The notes under the pieces: model-generated
Seen by the model: the letters and a program-made list of their open reading frames with translations, nothing else
What the model was told of the DNA's origin: nothing
The model's database searches: none
Source of the DNA: Myxococcota bacterium
GTDB taxonomy: Bacteria > Myxococcota_C > UBA6777
Direction: 5' to 3'
Assembly: GCA_023150835.1 (NCBI GenBank)
Contig: JAKLKB010000034.1
Span: 1-49,419 of the forward strand
Length of the DNA stretch: 49,419 nt
Made by a program: the position numbers and the translations under genes
Shown: piece by piece, positions 39,523-49,419 of the stretch
Layout: every line of letters begins with the position of its first letter
How positions within the stretch are numbered: the stretch's first letter is position 1

Positions 39523-40589
39523 TCGCCCAAATAGCGGCCTTCTCCGCGAACAGACCGCAAAACACGCATCACGTTTTCTCCCAACATCCCCCGTATCGAC
39601 AACTCGCCCGCTCCACGCGCCAACATCCGCTCCACCAGCACCACCAGATCCCGACAGTCTCGCATCTCATAGGGAATTGTCGCGATCCATCCATCAAAAT
39701 CTGTCCCCAACGCAACGTGCTCCCATCCCACAAGTTCCGCAATGTAAAAGATATGATCAATCAAGATATCTACCGAAGCCCACAGCCGCCCCGATAAAAA
39801 ATACGGCGCAAAAATTACACCCATCACACCACCCGTTTGCGCAATGCTACGGATCGCATCGTCGTTCAGCCCTCGTGGTGTGTCAAACAACGCACGCACG
39901 CACGTATGCGTCGCCAATACAGGCGCATTGCTCACCTCACAAGCCTCCAACACTCCGGGCCCATTCACATGCGCAACGTCCACCAAAATCCCCAACGCAT
40001 TCAATCGACGCACCAACGCACGCCCAAACTCCGTCAACCCTGATCGCTGGTCCTGACCTCGCCCCATTCCCGGTGTGGCTGCTGCATTTTTGCTAAAATG
40101 TGCCAACGTCAAATACAAACATCCCCTCTCCGCTGCTTCTTCCAACACGCTCAACGATCCATTCAGCACATGCGCCCCCTCGATCCCCGCACAGATCGCC
40201 AATCCCCCCTCGCGATGCGCACGTTCGATGTCCTCAACACAACGCGCAAGACACACCCCCGAGGACAACAACGATTCCACCACCGCAAATTGACGCTGGA
40301 TCTCTCGCCACCCACGCACCGACTCCCACGGCCAATAATGCAACCCCAAAGCCGCACACGTATACGAAGCCTCCAACATCCTTGGGATATCCGTGTGCCA
40401 AAACAACGGCTGACCCCGCCACCCCGCCCTGTGGCGCTTCAACGGATCGTATCCAAAAAGCCGCCGCTGTAAGATCACGTCCACATGCAGGTCCACGACG
40501 ATCGCTTCGCAACAAAGGGCCTGTGCCTCCAAAAAATAGCCCCCTGAAAAATCTTTCCCCAAGACCGAACGACTCCCATACTTTTTCAA
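39495..40589 (-). CDS. Membrane dipeptidase (M19 family)
   Basis: VDLHVD, GIEGAH, LTLAH, GILVDVAH, ATHT, LGTDFDG; TTG start uncertain; 28-bp convergent overlap with wzc. Confidence 0.88.
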   Translation of the reverse strand: MKKYGSRSVLGKDFSGGYFLEAQALCCEAIVVDLHVDVILQRRLFGYDPLKRHRAGWRGQPLFWHTDIPRMLEASYTCAALGLHYWPWESVRGWREIQRQFAVVESLLSSGVCLARCVEDIERAHREGGLAICAGIEGAHVLNGSLSVLEEAAERGCLYLTLAHFSKNAAATPGMGRGQDQRSGLTEFGRALVRRLNALGILVDVAHVNGPGVLEACEVSNAPVLATHTCVRALFDTPRGLNDDAIRSIAQTGGVMGVIFAPYFLSGRLWASVDILIDHIFYIAELVGWEHVALGTDFDGWIATIPYEMRDCRDLVVLVERMLARGAGELSIRGMLGENVMRVLRSVRGEGRYLGDQDSLEDSP

Positions 40590-40602
40590 TACTTCTTCTC
40601 TT

Positions 40603-43335
40603 TTATTCTTGAAATTCCTTCGCCTCACGCGGAGATACACCTTGTGTATCCCGCGCTGCACGTTGGAGTTGTTCCACCCACAGCATCTGCTTTTTCGCAA
40701 ACGCCGCATAGCGTGGATCCAGCACATAACGCCGATACATCCCTAAACTACGCTGAAACGAACCCACGTGCGCATACACTTCCGCCAACGCAAACCGATA
40801 TCCATCGGCCTTGCTATCGTATTGGCTCGCCTGCTCTAACATTTCCAGCGCTTCTCGGTACGCATAGCGTTTCAAGAACATCTGGCTGTAAAGAAAAAAA
40901 AGCTGACCCAAACGATAAGACTCTTTAATCTGTCGGCGCCCCCTCGCAAACATCCCGCGTACTTCCGCCTCTTTGCGCAACGAGATACGCAGCGACATCA
41001 AATCAAAAAAAGCAGTCCAATACATCGGGTTGCTCTGATATCTTAGGGCGTCTTCATACGCAACAATCGCATCAAGCGGACGTTGCTCCGCAAGCAATAT
41101 CCGCGCTTTATAAAAAAAGAAAAAGCCTTGTTGATTTGGAAAAATGCGGCGAATGCGAAACAAAAACTCCCAACTCTCCCGATAAGGCGTGCTTTGCACC
41201 TCTTGCCCCTTGCTCTCTATCTTTTTTGGCTTCTTCTGTTGTGCTTGTCGCTCCTTCTCCGCCAATAAATCTAAGATCCTGCGGTACAACCAAAATTCTT
41301 TTGGAAATTTCGACAACAGAGCATCTTTTGCATCGAAAAACAAAGCTTTCTGTTCTTTTTTCTGAATACCCTTTGAAACCACAATTTCCAGTAAATGTGA
41401 ATGCTTCAAGCGTTGTAGTGCCTGTCGAAAAAAACCAAATTGCTCGACCAAAAAAGCCGCATTCGATGCTAAATGCGGCGACAACTCGACACTACGATCC
41501 ATCTCTATACACGCATCTTGATACAAACCCAAACGTGCGTAGGTATAAGCAAGCAACAACGCAATGGACCCCTCTGTCGGATTCAAATAGCGCGCTTTCT
41601 CTAACCAACGCAGCGCTTTGTCTGGCTGCCAGCGCTTTCCTTGGTTGTAGTGGCGCGCCACCAACAAGGCCACCGTGTAATCGGATGGACGTTTGCTCAC
41701 CAAACGCATAAATCCGGACTCGAATTCATCGGCATCGCGATCTTCCAAAATAGCCCATTGTTCATGCACTCTCTGGTAATTGTCTGACCACGCGCTCGGA
41801 ATATATACCGCTGCGATCCCCAACCCGATCACAAGCGCCCCCCACACAACGCGCAAACTCCTGCCTTGCCGCTCCTTTTTACGATCATGATACTGCCGCC
41901 GCAGCGCCCCCAACAACAAAAAACACGGAAACGCTGTCGCGAAAAACTCGAGATTAAAATCCGCCCAATTTTGTAAAAATAGTAGCAACACAGCCAAAAA
42001 CGCACCACGCTCCACGACCCCCCGCGCTCCACACCAAGTTCTCCAAAATAACCACCCTCCCCACAGCAACCACAACAACCCCAAAAGCACCCCCCAATCT
42101 ACCAACGGTTGCAGCAAGGCGCTCTCCACATGCGTCGCTGTCACACGCCCTTTGCTTATCATCTCCGTCGAAGAAACCCGATGCCACGCCATCCCCATCG
42201 CCCCACGCCCCACACCCACCAAAGGAAAATCCCGAATCAACGGCGCAGAAAATTCATAAATCGCCCCCAGCTTATCTTCTCTCAACGATAACGACGTATG
42301 CTGAAATTCTTTATATAACGCATCCGATGCAAAATCCGCTAGAGCCAAAAAAACGAGGCTTCCCAACAAGATCGCCCAACGCGTGCTTGGCCGACGCCAT
42401 ACTTCCACCCACACACTCGACGCCAGCCTCGGCTCCTCGCTTTCTCCGTTCTCTTCACCCTCGCTCCTCGAATCGGTGCGTCTCCGAGAAGCGTCCATAC
42501 CCACAAGGGCAAAAAAAGCCAACATCCCAAGGATATAGAACACGATCGCCCCACGCGAAAGCGTCAAAAAAATCAACCCTCCCATAACAGTTCCCCCTGC
42601 AACCCAAAACCACCGCATCCTCCGATCCTCCGCATCCAACGACAACACAAAAGCCAAGAGACTATGGAATAAGAGGTATCCCCCCAAATGGTTCATGTTC
42701 ACCAACGGCGACCCCAACAACAACCCCCCCCCGCCGCCCGCCGGCGTGTATAACCCCATCAAAGGCTTCTCAATGCGCAACAACGTCTGCACCAACACCA
42801 ACCCCGACAAAGCCATCGAAGCGATCACCATCACACGAAGCAACATCCGCAGATGCCAACGATGATGCGCCCACATCACACTTCCAGCAAACAACAGCAA
42901 CACCCCGATATCACGAATTAATTTCATACTCGTTTCAGGAGGCGAAACGGACAATGGCCGCATACTCGGCCATGCACCCGGGATATCCCCTAAAACCCTC
43001 GAAAAAATCTCGTGCGCTCGCGGCGACAACCAAGACAGCACCTCGGGCGGGAGCGGTACCAGCTGCAACGCCGTCCACACACAAGCCGCCAACAACCAAC
43101 CGAACCAACCGTCGAAAACATACCGCTTTGGATGCCCTTTCGCAGCAGGCCGCAACAACAACATCAACAACCAGATCCCCACACACGCCAACATCAACAC
43201 CTGAGACTGGATGTGTACACCCCCGATCAAAAAGGCAGGCAACCCCGCCAAGATCCCGACCATCACCAACAAGATTTGCCTCAAAACCATACTCCCGCTT
43301 GGCCCTGTTTCTGCCACCGCTTCTCCGCGCTGCAC
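40603..43335 (-). CDS. O-antigen ligase/Wzy_C family membrane protein with a TPR-like C-terminus
   Basis: VNMNHLGG, TLSRGA, PLVGVGRGA, HVES..LQ..VDWG, DFNL. Confidence 0.85.
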   Translation of the reverse strand: MQRGEAVAETGPSGSMVLRQILLVMVGILAGLPAFLIGGVHIQSQVLMLACVGIWLLMLLLRPAAKGHPKRYVFDGWFGWLLAACVWTALQLVPLPPEVLSWLSPRAHEIFSRVLGDIPGAWPSMRPLSVSPPETSMKLIRDIGVLLLFAGSVMWAHHRWHLRMLLRVMVIASMALSGLVLVQTLLRIEKPLMGLYTPAGGGGGLLLGSPLVNMNHLGGYLLFHSLLAFVLSLDAEDRRMRWFWVAGGTVMGGLIFLTLSRGAIVFYILGMLAFFALVGMDASRRRTDSRSEGEENGESEEPRLASSVWVEVWRRPSTRWAILLGSLVFLALADFASDALYKEFQHTSLSLREDKLGAIYEFSAPLIRDFPLVGVGRGAMGMAWHRVSSTEMISKGRVTATHVESALLQPLVDWGVLLGLLWLLWGGWLFWRTWCGARGVVERGAFLAVLLLFLQNWADFNLEFFATAFPCFLLLGALRRQYHDRKKERQGRSLRVVWGALVIGLGIAAVYIPSAWSDNYQRVHEQWAILEDRDADEFESGFMRLVSKRPSDYTVALLVARHYNQGKRWQPDKALRWLEKARYLNPTEGSIALLLAYTYARLGLYQDACIEMDRSVELSPHLASNAAFLVEQFGFFRQALQRLKHSHLLEIVVSKGIQKKEQKALFFDAKDALLSKFPKEFWLYRRILDLLAEKERQAQQKKPKKIESKGQEVQSTPYRESWEFLFRIRRIFPNQQGFFFFYKARILLAEQRPLDAIVAYEDALRYQSNPMYWTAFFDLMSLRISLRKEAEVRGMFARGRRQIKESYRLGQLFFLYSQMFLKRYAYREALEMLEQASQYDSKADGYRFALAEVYAHVGSFQRSLGMYRRYVLDPRYAAFAKKQMLWVEQLQRAARDTQGVSPREAKEFQE

Positions 43336-43564
43336 GCAAACGACCCACCGCTGTACAAAATTACGCGCTCACTATCACAACCCAAAACGCACAAACAGGC
43401 AACAAGAGAACATCGCGATCCTCTGCCACATCCCGCCCTTTTTCCCTAAACACCGAGGTTGTTTCTTCGTTGCCCTTCTCTGACAAAAACGTCGTTTTCC
43501 CCCCCTCTCCCCCCCCTCTTTTTCCCATCCCACACCCCACGCTTTTTCCTCAACATCTTTTGAC

Positions 43565-43993
43565 TCAAGGAGCCGCCACACGCACAGGGATCTTCACGCT
43601 GGCCTCTTTCCGCACGCAGATATCCTTTGTGCAGATATAAAAGCTACATCCCATCTGGACATGCTGCTGCCCAACACCCTTTGCAACAACTCCCACAGGA
43701 ACATGAACCATCTTCTCTTTGATCTCTTTGTCTTTGTGGCCCAGTTTGGCCTTGCTCACAGAAAGCCCCGCAGAAGAAGATACCGCGCATTGAAAGGGCG
43801 CTTGCGGGTGGACCTTGGCTCCTGCTTTTAACAGGATCGAAAACGATGCTTTGCCTTCACTTCCTGCTTTTAACGTCGAGGCATTCGGCTTCACACGATA
43901 CAGCCCCGCCGTCTGATCCACCCCTTCCGCATACACCCACGCGCTCCAACCCAACACCAACCAGCCCATCATCAACCATACGCCTTTTCTCAT
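43565..43993 (-). CDS. Exported DsbD-N-like beta-sandwich protein
   Basis: Signal peptide; KVHPQAP; FYICTKDIC. Confidence 0.65.
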   Translation of the reverse strand: MRKGVWLMMGWLVLGWSAWVYAEGVDQTAGLYRVKPNASTLKAGSEGKASFSILLKAGAKVHPQAPFQCAVSSSAGLSVSKAKLGHKDKEIKEKMVHVPVGVVAKGVGQQHVQMGCSFYICTKDICVRKEASVKIPVRVAAP

Positions 43994-44165
43994 GATCTTT
44001 TCTCCCTTGTTTGTTTCTCAATACTCAACCCAACCCTGCGCGAGATCGTGTGGACTTCCCCGCAAAGATGCAACTCCTCACCAAAGAGCCAACACAGCGC
44101 GAAAAAGACGCACCCGCACAACACCGCTCACACAAGAACCAAACCACCTCGCGATCTCTTCCCGC

Positions 44166-45773
44166 TCACACAACTTGGAAAAGTAACAACCCCAATCCAA
44201 ACAACAAACCCGACGCCAACATCAAGAGCAACGTGTACCCCAACAGATCACGCGCCCGCAAACCCGTAATCTCCAACAACGCCAACGCCCAAAAAGGCTG
44301 CAACATATTGGTCCACTGATCACCATACGCCACCGTCATCACCGCTGCTCCCGGTGGTACACCCAATCCCTTCGCAGCCGTCAAAACCACCGCCCCTTGA
44401 ATCCCCCATTGCCCCCCTCCCGACGGAACAAAGAGATTCAAGATCCCCGCTGAAACAAAGCTCCCTAACAAAAACCCCGACGGCGACGAGATCGAAACCC
44501 ACTGCTGTGCGATCTGATCCACCAAACCCGACTCATACACCAACGCAAAGATCCCCGCATACAACGGAAACTGCAACATGATCCCCACACAGCTTCGGCC
44601 ACCTTCGGCGGCAGCCTCCGCGTACGCTTGCACTCCCCGATGAAACAGCAGCCCCACCGCAAAAAACAACAAGATCATCGCGTTGATCGACGGCGATCGC
44701 CCCTGTGCGATCTCCCACACAAACATCCCAAGCATCGGCAAACCCAACAACCCATTCATCCCCCACCAATGATCCACACCCCGCGCACTTTGATCCAACA
44801 ATTGCACCCCCTCCGATGGAACACGCACAAAATGACTGAGCGGCAAAATGTCTTCCTTTTGCAACGGCGACATCGCCTTACACAACAACGGGATCGCTAT
44901 CAACAAGCCCAACGTCACCGCCAAATTGCTCGGACTAAAGATCGTCTCCCTCAAGCCGATCGGCTCCATCGACAAGCCCAACTCGTAAGGCAAATGACCC
45001 ACCTCCGCAACCTTTAATGGCGCAGAACCACTCAAACCTCCGTGCCAAATCAACATCGCTGTGTACCCTGCCGCCCCAAGCAACGGATAGTGCATCGGGA
45101 TCCCTCGTTCCTCACCTCGCCTCGCCACCTCCCGCGCCATGTGTGCCCCCACCACCAAACCAAAACCCCAATTGATCCACCCCGCCAACATCGATAAAAA
45201 CGCCACCCACGCCGCAGCCGTCGCCCCTGTCATCGGTATCCCCGCCAACACACGCACCAAACGCATCACTGGCTTGCTTACCGCCAACGCATAGCCCGTC
45301 AACAAGATCAAACACATCTGCATCGCAAAAGACAAAAAATGCCAAATACCCCGAATCTTCGCAGGTACCAACAACGATACCAAACGCTGCTCCAGCGCCT
45401 CGCGATCCAAACCACGCAACCACACCGCTCGCGGCTCCAACCGCAGCACTTGGACCGATACCTCACGAGACAATAAACTCGCAACGACCGCAGGATCTGT
45501 TTTGCTCCAAAGCTGCAATCGCCATGTCTTCGGACCTTTGAACTCCATACGCTCCACCACCCAAGGGCGCGGGCGCCCTGCCCCCCCACGCAACAACGGA
45601 TGTTGACCCTCACCTGCCCACACTCGACCCAATTCTCCCCAACCCATCGGCGTCCACAACCTACACATCAACAACGTCAACAACGACAACAAGATCGCCA
45701 ACACAAACGTCCCCGGAACCCAACGCCGCGACCACTGCGCCAACCGCACACTCATCCCATTCAACCAAAACAT
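44166..45773 (-). CDS. atoE: Short-chain fatty acid transporter with an inserted domain
   Basis: FAMQMCLIL, INWGFGLV, HYPLLGAAGY, WHGGLSGSAPL, PSGGGQW, GDQWTNMLQPFWAL. Confidence 0.92.
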   Translation of the reverse strand: MFWLNGMSVRLAQWSRRWVPGTFVLAILLSLLTLLMCRLWTPMGWGELGRVWAGEGQHPLLRGGAGRPRPWVVERMEFKGPKTWRLQLWSKTDPAVVASLLSREVSVQVLRLEPRAVWLRGLDREALEQRLVSLLVPAKIRGIWHFLSFAMQMCLILLTGYALAVSKPVMRLVRVLAGIPMTGATAAAWVAFLSMLAGWINWGFGLVVGAHMAREVARRGEERGIPMHYPLLGAAGYTAMLIWHGGLSGSAPLKVAEVGHLPYELGLSMEPIGLRETIFSPSNLAVTLGLLIAIPLLCKAMSPLQKEDILPLSHFVRVPSEGVQLLDQSARGVDHWWGMNGLLGLPMLGMFVWEIAQGRSPSINAMILLFFAVGLLFHRGVQAYAEAAAEGGRSCVGIMLQFPLYAGIFALVYESGLVDQIAQQWVSISSPSGFLLGSFVSAGILNLFVPSGGGQWGIQGAVVLTAAKGLGVPPGAAVMTVAYGDQWTNMLQPFWALALLEITGLRARDLLGYTLLLMLASGLLFGLGLLLFQVV

Positions 45774-45967
45774 CTCCGCCTCTCCTCACAACGCAACGCA
45801 ACGCACCGAAAATCTGCCCCGTCTGCTCTTTCTTCGCGGTGTCTTTCCGCGTTTTCTCAAACACCTGCCTTTTTGCATCTTCCCCGAAAAGACTGTCTCC
45901 GCAAAGACTTCACTCGACCAAACCTAAAAAGACTTTCTGCTCAACCCGCTCCATGCGCTCACTCCCG

Positions 45968-45984
45968 TTGGAACAATTACTGCC
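45968..45984 (+). promoter_or_regulatory. Putative sigma54 promoter
   Basis: TTGGAACAATTACTGCC = GG-N10-GC, about 65 bp upstream of ATG 46048. Confidence 0.5.
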
Positions 45985-46047
45985 CTATCGCCCTCCGTCG
46001 CAACAAAACAAAACAACGCGACCAACAACCCTTTGGAGAAACGAACC

Positions 46048-46311
46048 ATGAAAGCCAAGCAAAAAAACATCACCCCCCACAACGAAGAAACCCTGATCCC
46101 TGAGATCGATCCAACCCACGACGACAACGCAACACGCCCCGAACGCACTCGACAAGCTGTCTACACCATCATCGAACGCGAAAACAGCGATCGCGGCTAC
46201 TGGCTGCGCGTCGGAACCGCCTTCTTCAACCGCGACAACTCACTCACTGTCTACCTCAACGCTCTCCCCACCAACAGCCGGCTCCACATCCGTGATGAAC
46301 CGGCCGCATAA
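46048..46311 (+). CDS. Small conserved beta-rich protein
   Basis: VYTIIER..YWLRVGTAFFNRDNSLTVYLNALP; RBS ggag. Confidence 0.8.
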   Translation: MKAKQKNITPHNEETLIPEIDPTHDDNATRPERTRQAVYTIIERENSDRGYWLRVGTAFFNRDNSLTVYLNALPTNSRLHIRDEPAA

Positions 46312-46463
46312 TCCGACATCGACAACAACGGCTACTCTCAAAATATCTACGTCGGATGTCTCGCTCTAAATGACCGACCATCCAACCACAATCAACCCTG
46401 TTCCCTTAACAAACCCTGCACTTCGGGCAAGATCGCCCTCACACCCAAAAAGGAGTTTTTCCC

Positions 46464-46805
46464 ATGAAAACCATGAAAACCACCGCCGCTCTCTTCTTCT
46501 CCGCCATCGCTCTGTTTCATCTCTGCCTTCTGATGGCCCCTTCGGCCCACGCACGTGGTGGAAAACCACCGATCGAAGGTGTCATCAACCTGAACACCGC
46601 CACCCTCGAACAACTGACGCTGCTCCCGCGCATCGGGCGAAAAAAAGCACAGCGTGTCCTTGACTACCGTAAAAAAAACACCCAGTTCAAAAATCCTCAA
46701 GAGATCACTCGCGTCAAAGGTATCGGATACAAGACCTTTTTACGCCTCAAACCCCACCTCACCACCACACAAAAAACCAACGTACGACTCCGCGAAAAAC
46801 GCTGA
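46464..46805 (+). CDS. comEA: ComEA-family helix-hairpin-helix DNA-binding protein
   Basis: Signal peptide; INLNTATLEQLTLLPRIG..A..VKGIG; RBS aggag. Confidence 0.9.
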   Translation: MKTMKTTAALFFSAIALFHLCLLMAPSAHARGGKPPIEGVINLNTATLEQLTLLPRIGRKKAQRVLDYRKKNTQFKNPQEITRVKGIGYKTFLRLKPHLTTTQKTNVRLREKR

Positions 46806-46904
46806 TCTGTTTCGCACCCACGCCGTCCAACAAAATCACTTCACCCGAGCTCCACCCCCCCCCCAAAAACGCGGCCTCCCACCCTCCCAAGCCTTCGGCC
46901 TTTT

Positions 46905-47546
46905 CTAACGCCGTGGCAACAGTCGCACATTCGGGGCTGTTGCATAACTCGGTATATCCGGCCCGTCCACACACCTCAGCGCTTTCCAGTTCTCCACATC
47001 CCCAACCCGCTTACAACCGCGCTGCGAGAGCCGCTCACTCATCCGCAACCACAACTCTGATGTCGCATACACATCACTCATCGCTTGATGTGCCGTCAAT
47101 GGAATCCGCAGATGCTCCGCCAACACACTCAACTTGTGAGATTCCAACCGATACATCTGCCGCGCAAGAGGCAACGTATCGATCGCCATCAGACCCGGAC
47201 TAACACCCACAGCTTCCTGTAGATGTTGCTGCAACACAGGAATATCGAACGTAAAAATATTGTGCCCCACCAGCACTGCATCTCGCAACAAGTGCAAAAA
47301 ACTCGCGCACACTTGCGCAAAAGACGGAGCAGCCGCCACCATCGCATTGTCGATCTGATGCACCTTCGACGCCATCCAAGGAATCGGTATCCCGGGATCG
47401 ATCAACGTCTGCCACTCCTCCACAGGTTCCCACCCCTCCAAACGCACCGCCGCGATCTCCACGATCCGCGCCCCTTTCCCAAATCCCGTCGTCTCCACAT
47501 CAAAAACCACATACCTACCTTGTTCCAACAACGCCTCCAGCGGCAT
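46905..47546 (-). CDS. DEDDh 3'-5' exonuclease (DnaQ-like)
   Basis: FDVETTG, GHNIFTFD, HQAMSDV. Confidence 0.92.
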   Translation of the reverse strand: MPLEALLEQGRYVVFDVETTGFGKGARIVEIAAVRLEGWEPVEEWQTLIDPGIPIPWMASKVHQIDNAMVAAAPSFAQVCASFLHLLRDAVLVGHNIFTFDIPVLQQHLQEAVGVSPGLMAIDTLPLARQMYRLESHKLSVLAEHLRIPLTAHQAMSDVYATSELWLRMSERLSQRGCKRVGDVENWKALRCVDGPDIPSYATAPNVRLLPRR

Positions 47547-47650
47547 CTTTCACCTCCCATCCTAGCCTTCAACACTCGCTCCCTCTCTCTTCCTCCCTTG
47601 CTTCCGACTTCTACGCTCACTTACCCCCAACTCCCACCCAACGCCACGCC

Positions 47651-47755
47651 CGCTCCTTCACAAAACCCCGCTCTCTCCTACCACTCTCGCTCCTTCACAA
47701 GATTCCGCACTCTCTCCTGCCACCCCCGCTCCTTAACAAGATTCCGCACTCTCCA
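47651..47755. repeat. Imperfect 37-39 bp tandem repeat, about 3 copies
   Basis: cgctcctt(c/a)acaa..ccgc at 47651, 47688 and 47727. Confidence 0.75.
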
Positions 47756-48034
47756 CAAGCCTCGCCCTCCACCAACCACCCCCTCCCTCACTTCTCGCCC
47801 GCGTCGAGAGCAATGTTGACAAGCCGCCTGCCATTGGGTACGCTCTCCTAGCAACACGCAGCGATCTTTAACCAGAGCGCTCTTTGGCGCGCTTCGTTCG
47901 TGCGGTTCATCACATACGTTATCCCCTGTCCTTCCCATCCACAAACCAACGAAGGACGCCGCTGCAACGAGCCCCACACCCAACTCGAATCTCCACGCTC
48001 TTTTCGAGCCTCTGGACATCTAAGGACGGGCGCA

Positions 48035-49419
48035 GTGAAAAAACCTATTCCTTTCGGCAAATATTTCTTGATGGACCGCATCGCCGTCGGTGGCATGGCC
48101 GAGGTCTTCAAGGGCAAAACCTTTGGCGTCCAAAGCTTCGAACGCACCGTCGCCCTCAAGCGCATCTTGCCCAATATCGCGGAAGATCAAGAATTCATCA
48201 CCATGTTCATCGACGAAGCCAAGATCGCTGTCCAACTCAGCCATCCCAACATCGCTCAAATCTTTGAACTCGGCGAAGTCGATCACACCTACTTTATCGC
48301 CATGGAATACGTCCAAGGCCGCGATCTCCGCACCATCTTCGATCGCGCCAAACGCCAAAAAGGACCCATCGTCACACCTCAGATGGCCGCCTACGTTATG
48401 GCCAAAGCCTGCGAAGGTCTCGATTACGCCCACCGAAAACGCGACAACAGCGACCAACCCCTCCATATCGTCCACCGCGACGTCTCCCCCCAAAACGTCC
48501 TCGTCTCCTACGACGGCGATGTCAAGATCATCGACTTTGGCGTCGCCAAAGCCCAAAGCAAATCCACCCGTACACAAGCCGGCATCCTCAAAGGCAAATT
48601 CGGCTACATGTCCCCCGAACAAGTCCAAGGACTCCCCCTCGATCAACGCTCCGACGTCTTCAGCATCGGCATCGTCTTGCACGAGATCCTCACCGGACAA
48701 CGCTTGTTCGTCGGCGAAAGCGACTTCCACACCCTCGAAAAGATCCGCAAAGCTGAAGCCGTCCCTCCCAGTCGCATCAACCCCCAAGTCCCCCAACAAC
48801 TCGATGCCATCGTCATGAAGGCCCTCGCTCGCGATCTCCATATCCGCTACCAATACGCCAGCGAGATGCAAGAAGACCTTCAACGCTTCCTCTACACCAT
48901 GAACCCCGTCTTCTCACGGCGCGATCTCGCCAACTATATGCAACACGCCTTTGAAGCCGATATCGCTCGCGAAAAACAACGCACCACCGAATACGACCTC
49001 TTCTTCGCCTCCATGCAACAAGGCACCCTCCCACAACAAGCCCTCCAAACACCCACAGGCTCGTGGCATCCACAACCCGCCGAACCCTTCTCCTCCTCTG
49101 GCTCCTTTAGCGGCTCACATCCCGCAGGACACCCCGGTGCCGCATATTCCGGCTCCCTCGCCGCTCCCGCTCCCGCTTACGCCTCTCCCCATCCCTCTTT
49201 CGTCGGACAACAACCCCAAGCCTACGTTCCCGCCGACGACGATCCCACCTCCTTCGATCCACAAGCCCTCCAACAACCCAGCCCCTCCCGCTCCAACTCC
49301 CCCCTCTCTTCGCCCTTTAGCCCCCCTCCAAGCAAACAATACCTCACAGGCGACAGCTTCCAAGGCCCTCCCCCCCCCGCACCTCGATCCTCAAATCACG
49401 GCGAAGACGAAGGCTCGCC
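48035..49419 (+). CDS. Ser/Thr protein kinase, runs off the window end (absent from the ORF track)
   Basis: GTG start; FGKY..IAVGGMAEVF, VALKRIL, HRDVSPQN, IIDFGVAK, KGKFGYMSPEQ; Pro/Gln-rich linker. Confidence 0.95.
   Translation, partial: MKKPIPFGKYFLMDRIAVGGMAEVFKGKTFGVQSFERTVALKRILPNIAEDQEFITMFIDEAKIAVQLSHPNIAQIFELGEVDHTYFIAMEYVQGRDLRTIFDRAKRQKGPIVTPQMAAYVMAKACEGLDYAHRKRDNSDQPLHIVHRDVSPQNVLVSYDGDVKIIDFGVAKAQSKSTRTQAGILKGKFGYMSPEQVQGLPLDQRSDVFSIGIVLHEILTGQRLFVGESDFHTLEKIRKAEAVPPSRINPQVPQQLDAIVMKALARDLHIRYQYASEMQEDLQRFLYTMNPVFSRRDLANYMQHAFEADIAREKQRTTEYDLFFASMQQGTLPQQALQTPTGSWHPQPAEPFSSSGSFSGSHPAGHPGAAYSGSLAAPAPAYASPHPSFVGQQPQAYVPADDDPTSFDPQALQQPSPSRSNSPLSSPFSPPPSKQYLTGDSFQGPPPPAPRSSNHGEDEGS

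Noticed and set aside
47678-48883. Minus-strand ORFs 47678-48019 and 48020-48883
   Set aside because: The first runs into a tandem repeat and has no supporting motif; the second is the antisense shadow of the kinase

Overview
Chromosomal window from a Myxococcota-like bacterium. The lineage is inferred from Hanks kinases with GGMAEVF, a DUF4388-like domain, Cys-rich lipoproteins and an ECF/FecR locus; GC looks lower by eye than in cultured myxobacteria. Housekeeping content: aceE-aceF-lpdA (homodimeric-E1 PDH with a lipoylated E3), enoyl-CoA hydratase, tRNA-Gly/Cys/Gly, AtoE, ComEA, a DnaQ-like exonuclease, Wzc, an O-antigen-ligase/TPR protein and a dipeptidase. The best candidate for an undescribed system is at 12.3-20.7 kb. 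Three exported proteins there carry 12 pacifastin-like and 10 Kazal-like domains with varied reactive-site residues. They surround an ECF sigma, a FecR-like anti-sigma and a small beta-barrel-like protein, and a shared AAACACWCG motif lies upstream of three of the genes. Other oddities: a disulfide-clamped hydrophobic helical-hairpin protein paired with a lipoprotein, a signal-less alpha-2-macroglobulin-like protein with a broken thioester motif, an IF2_N-CBM20 fusion, nested REP/MITE-like elements and a deletion-riddled kinase locus. All assignments come from motif recognition by eye; no searches were run.
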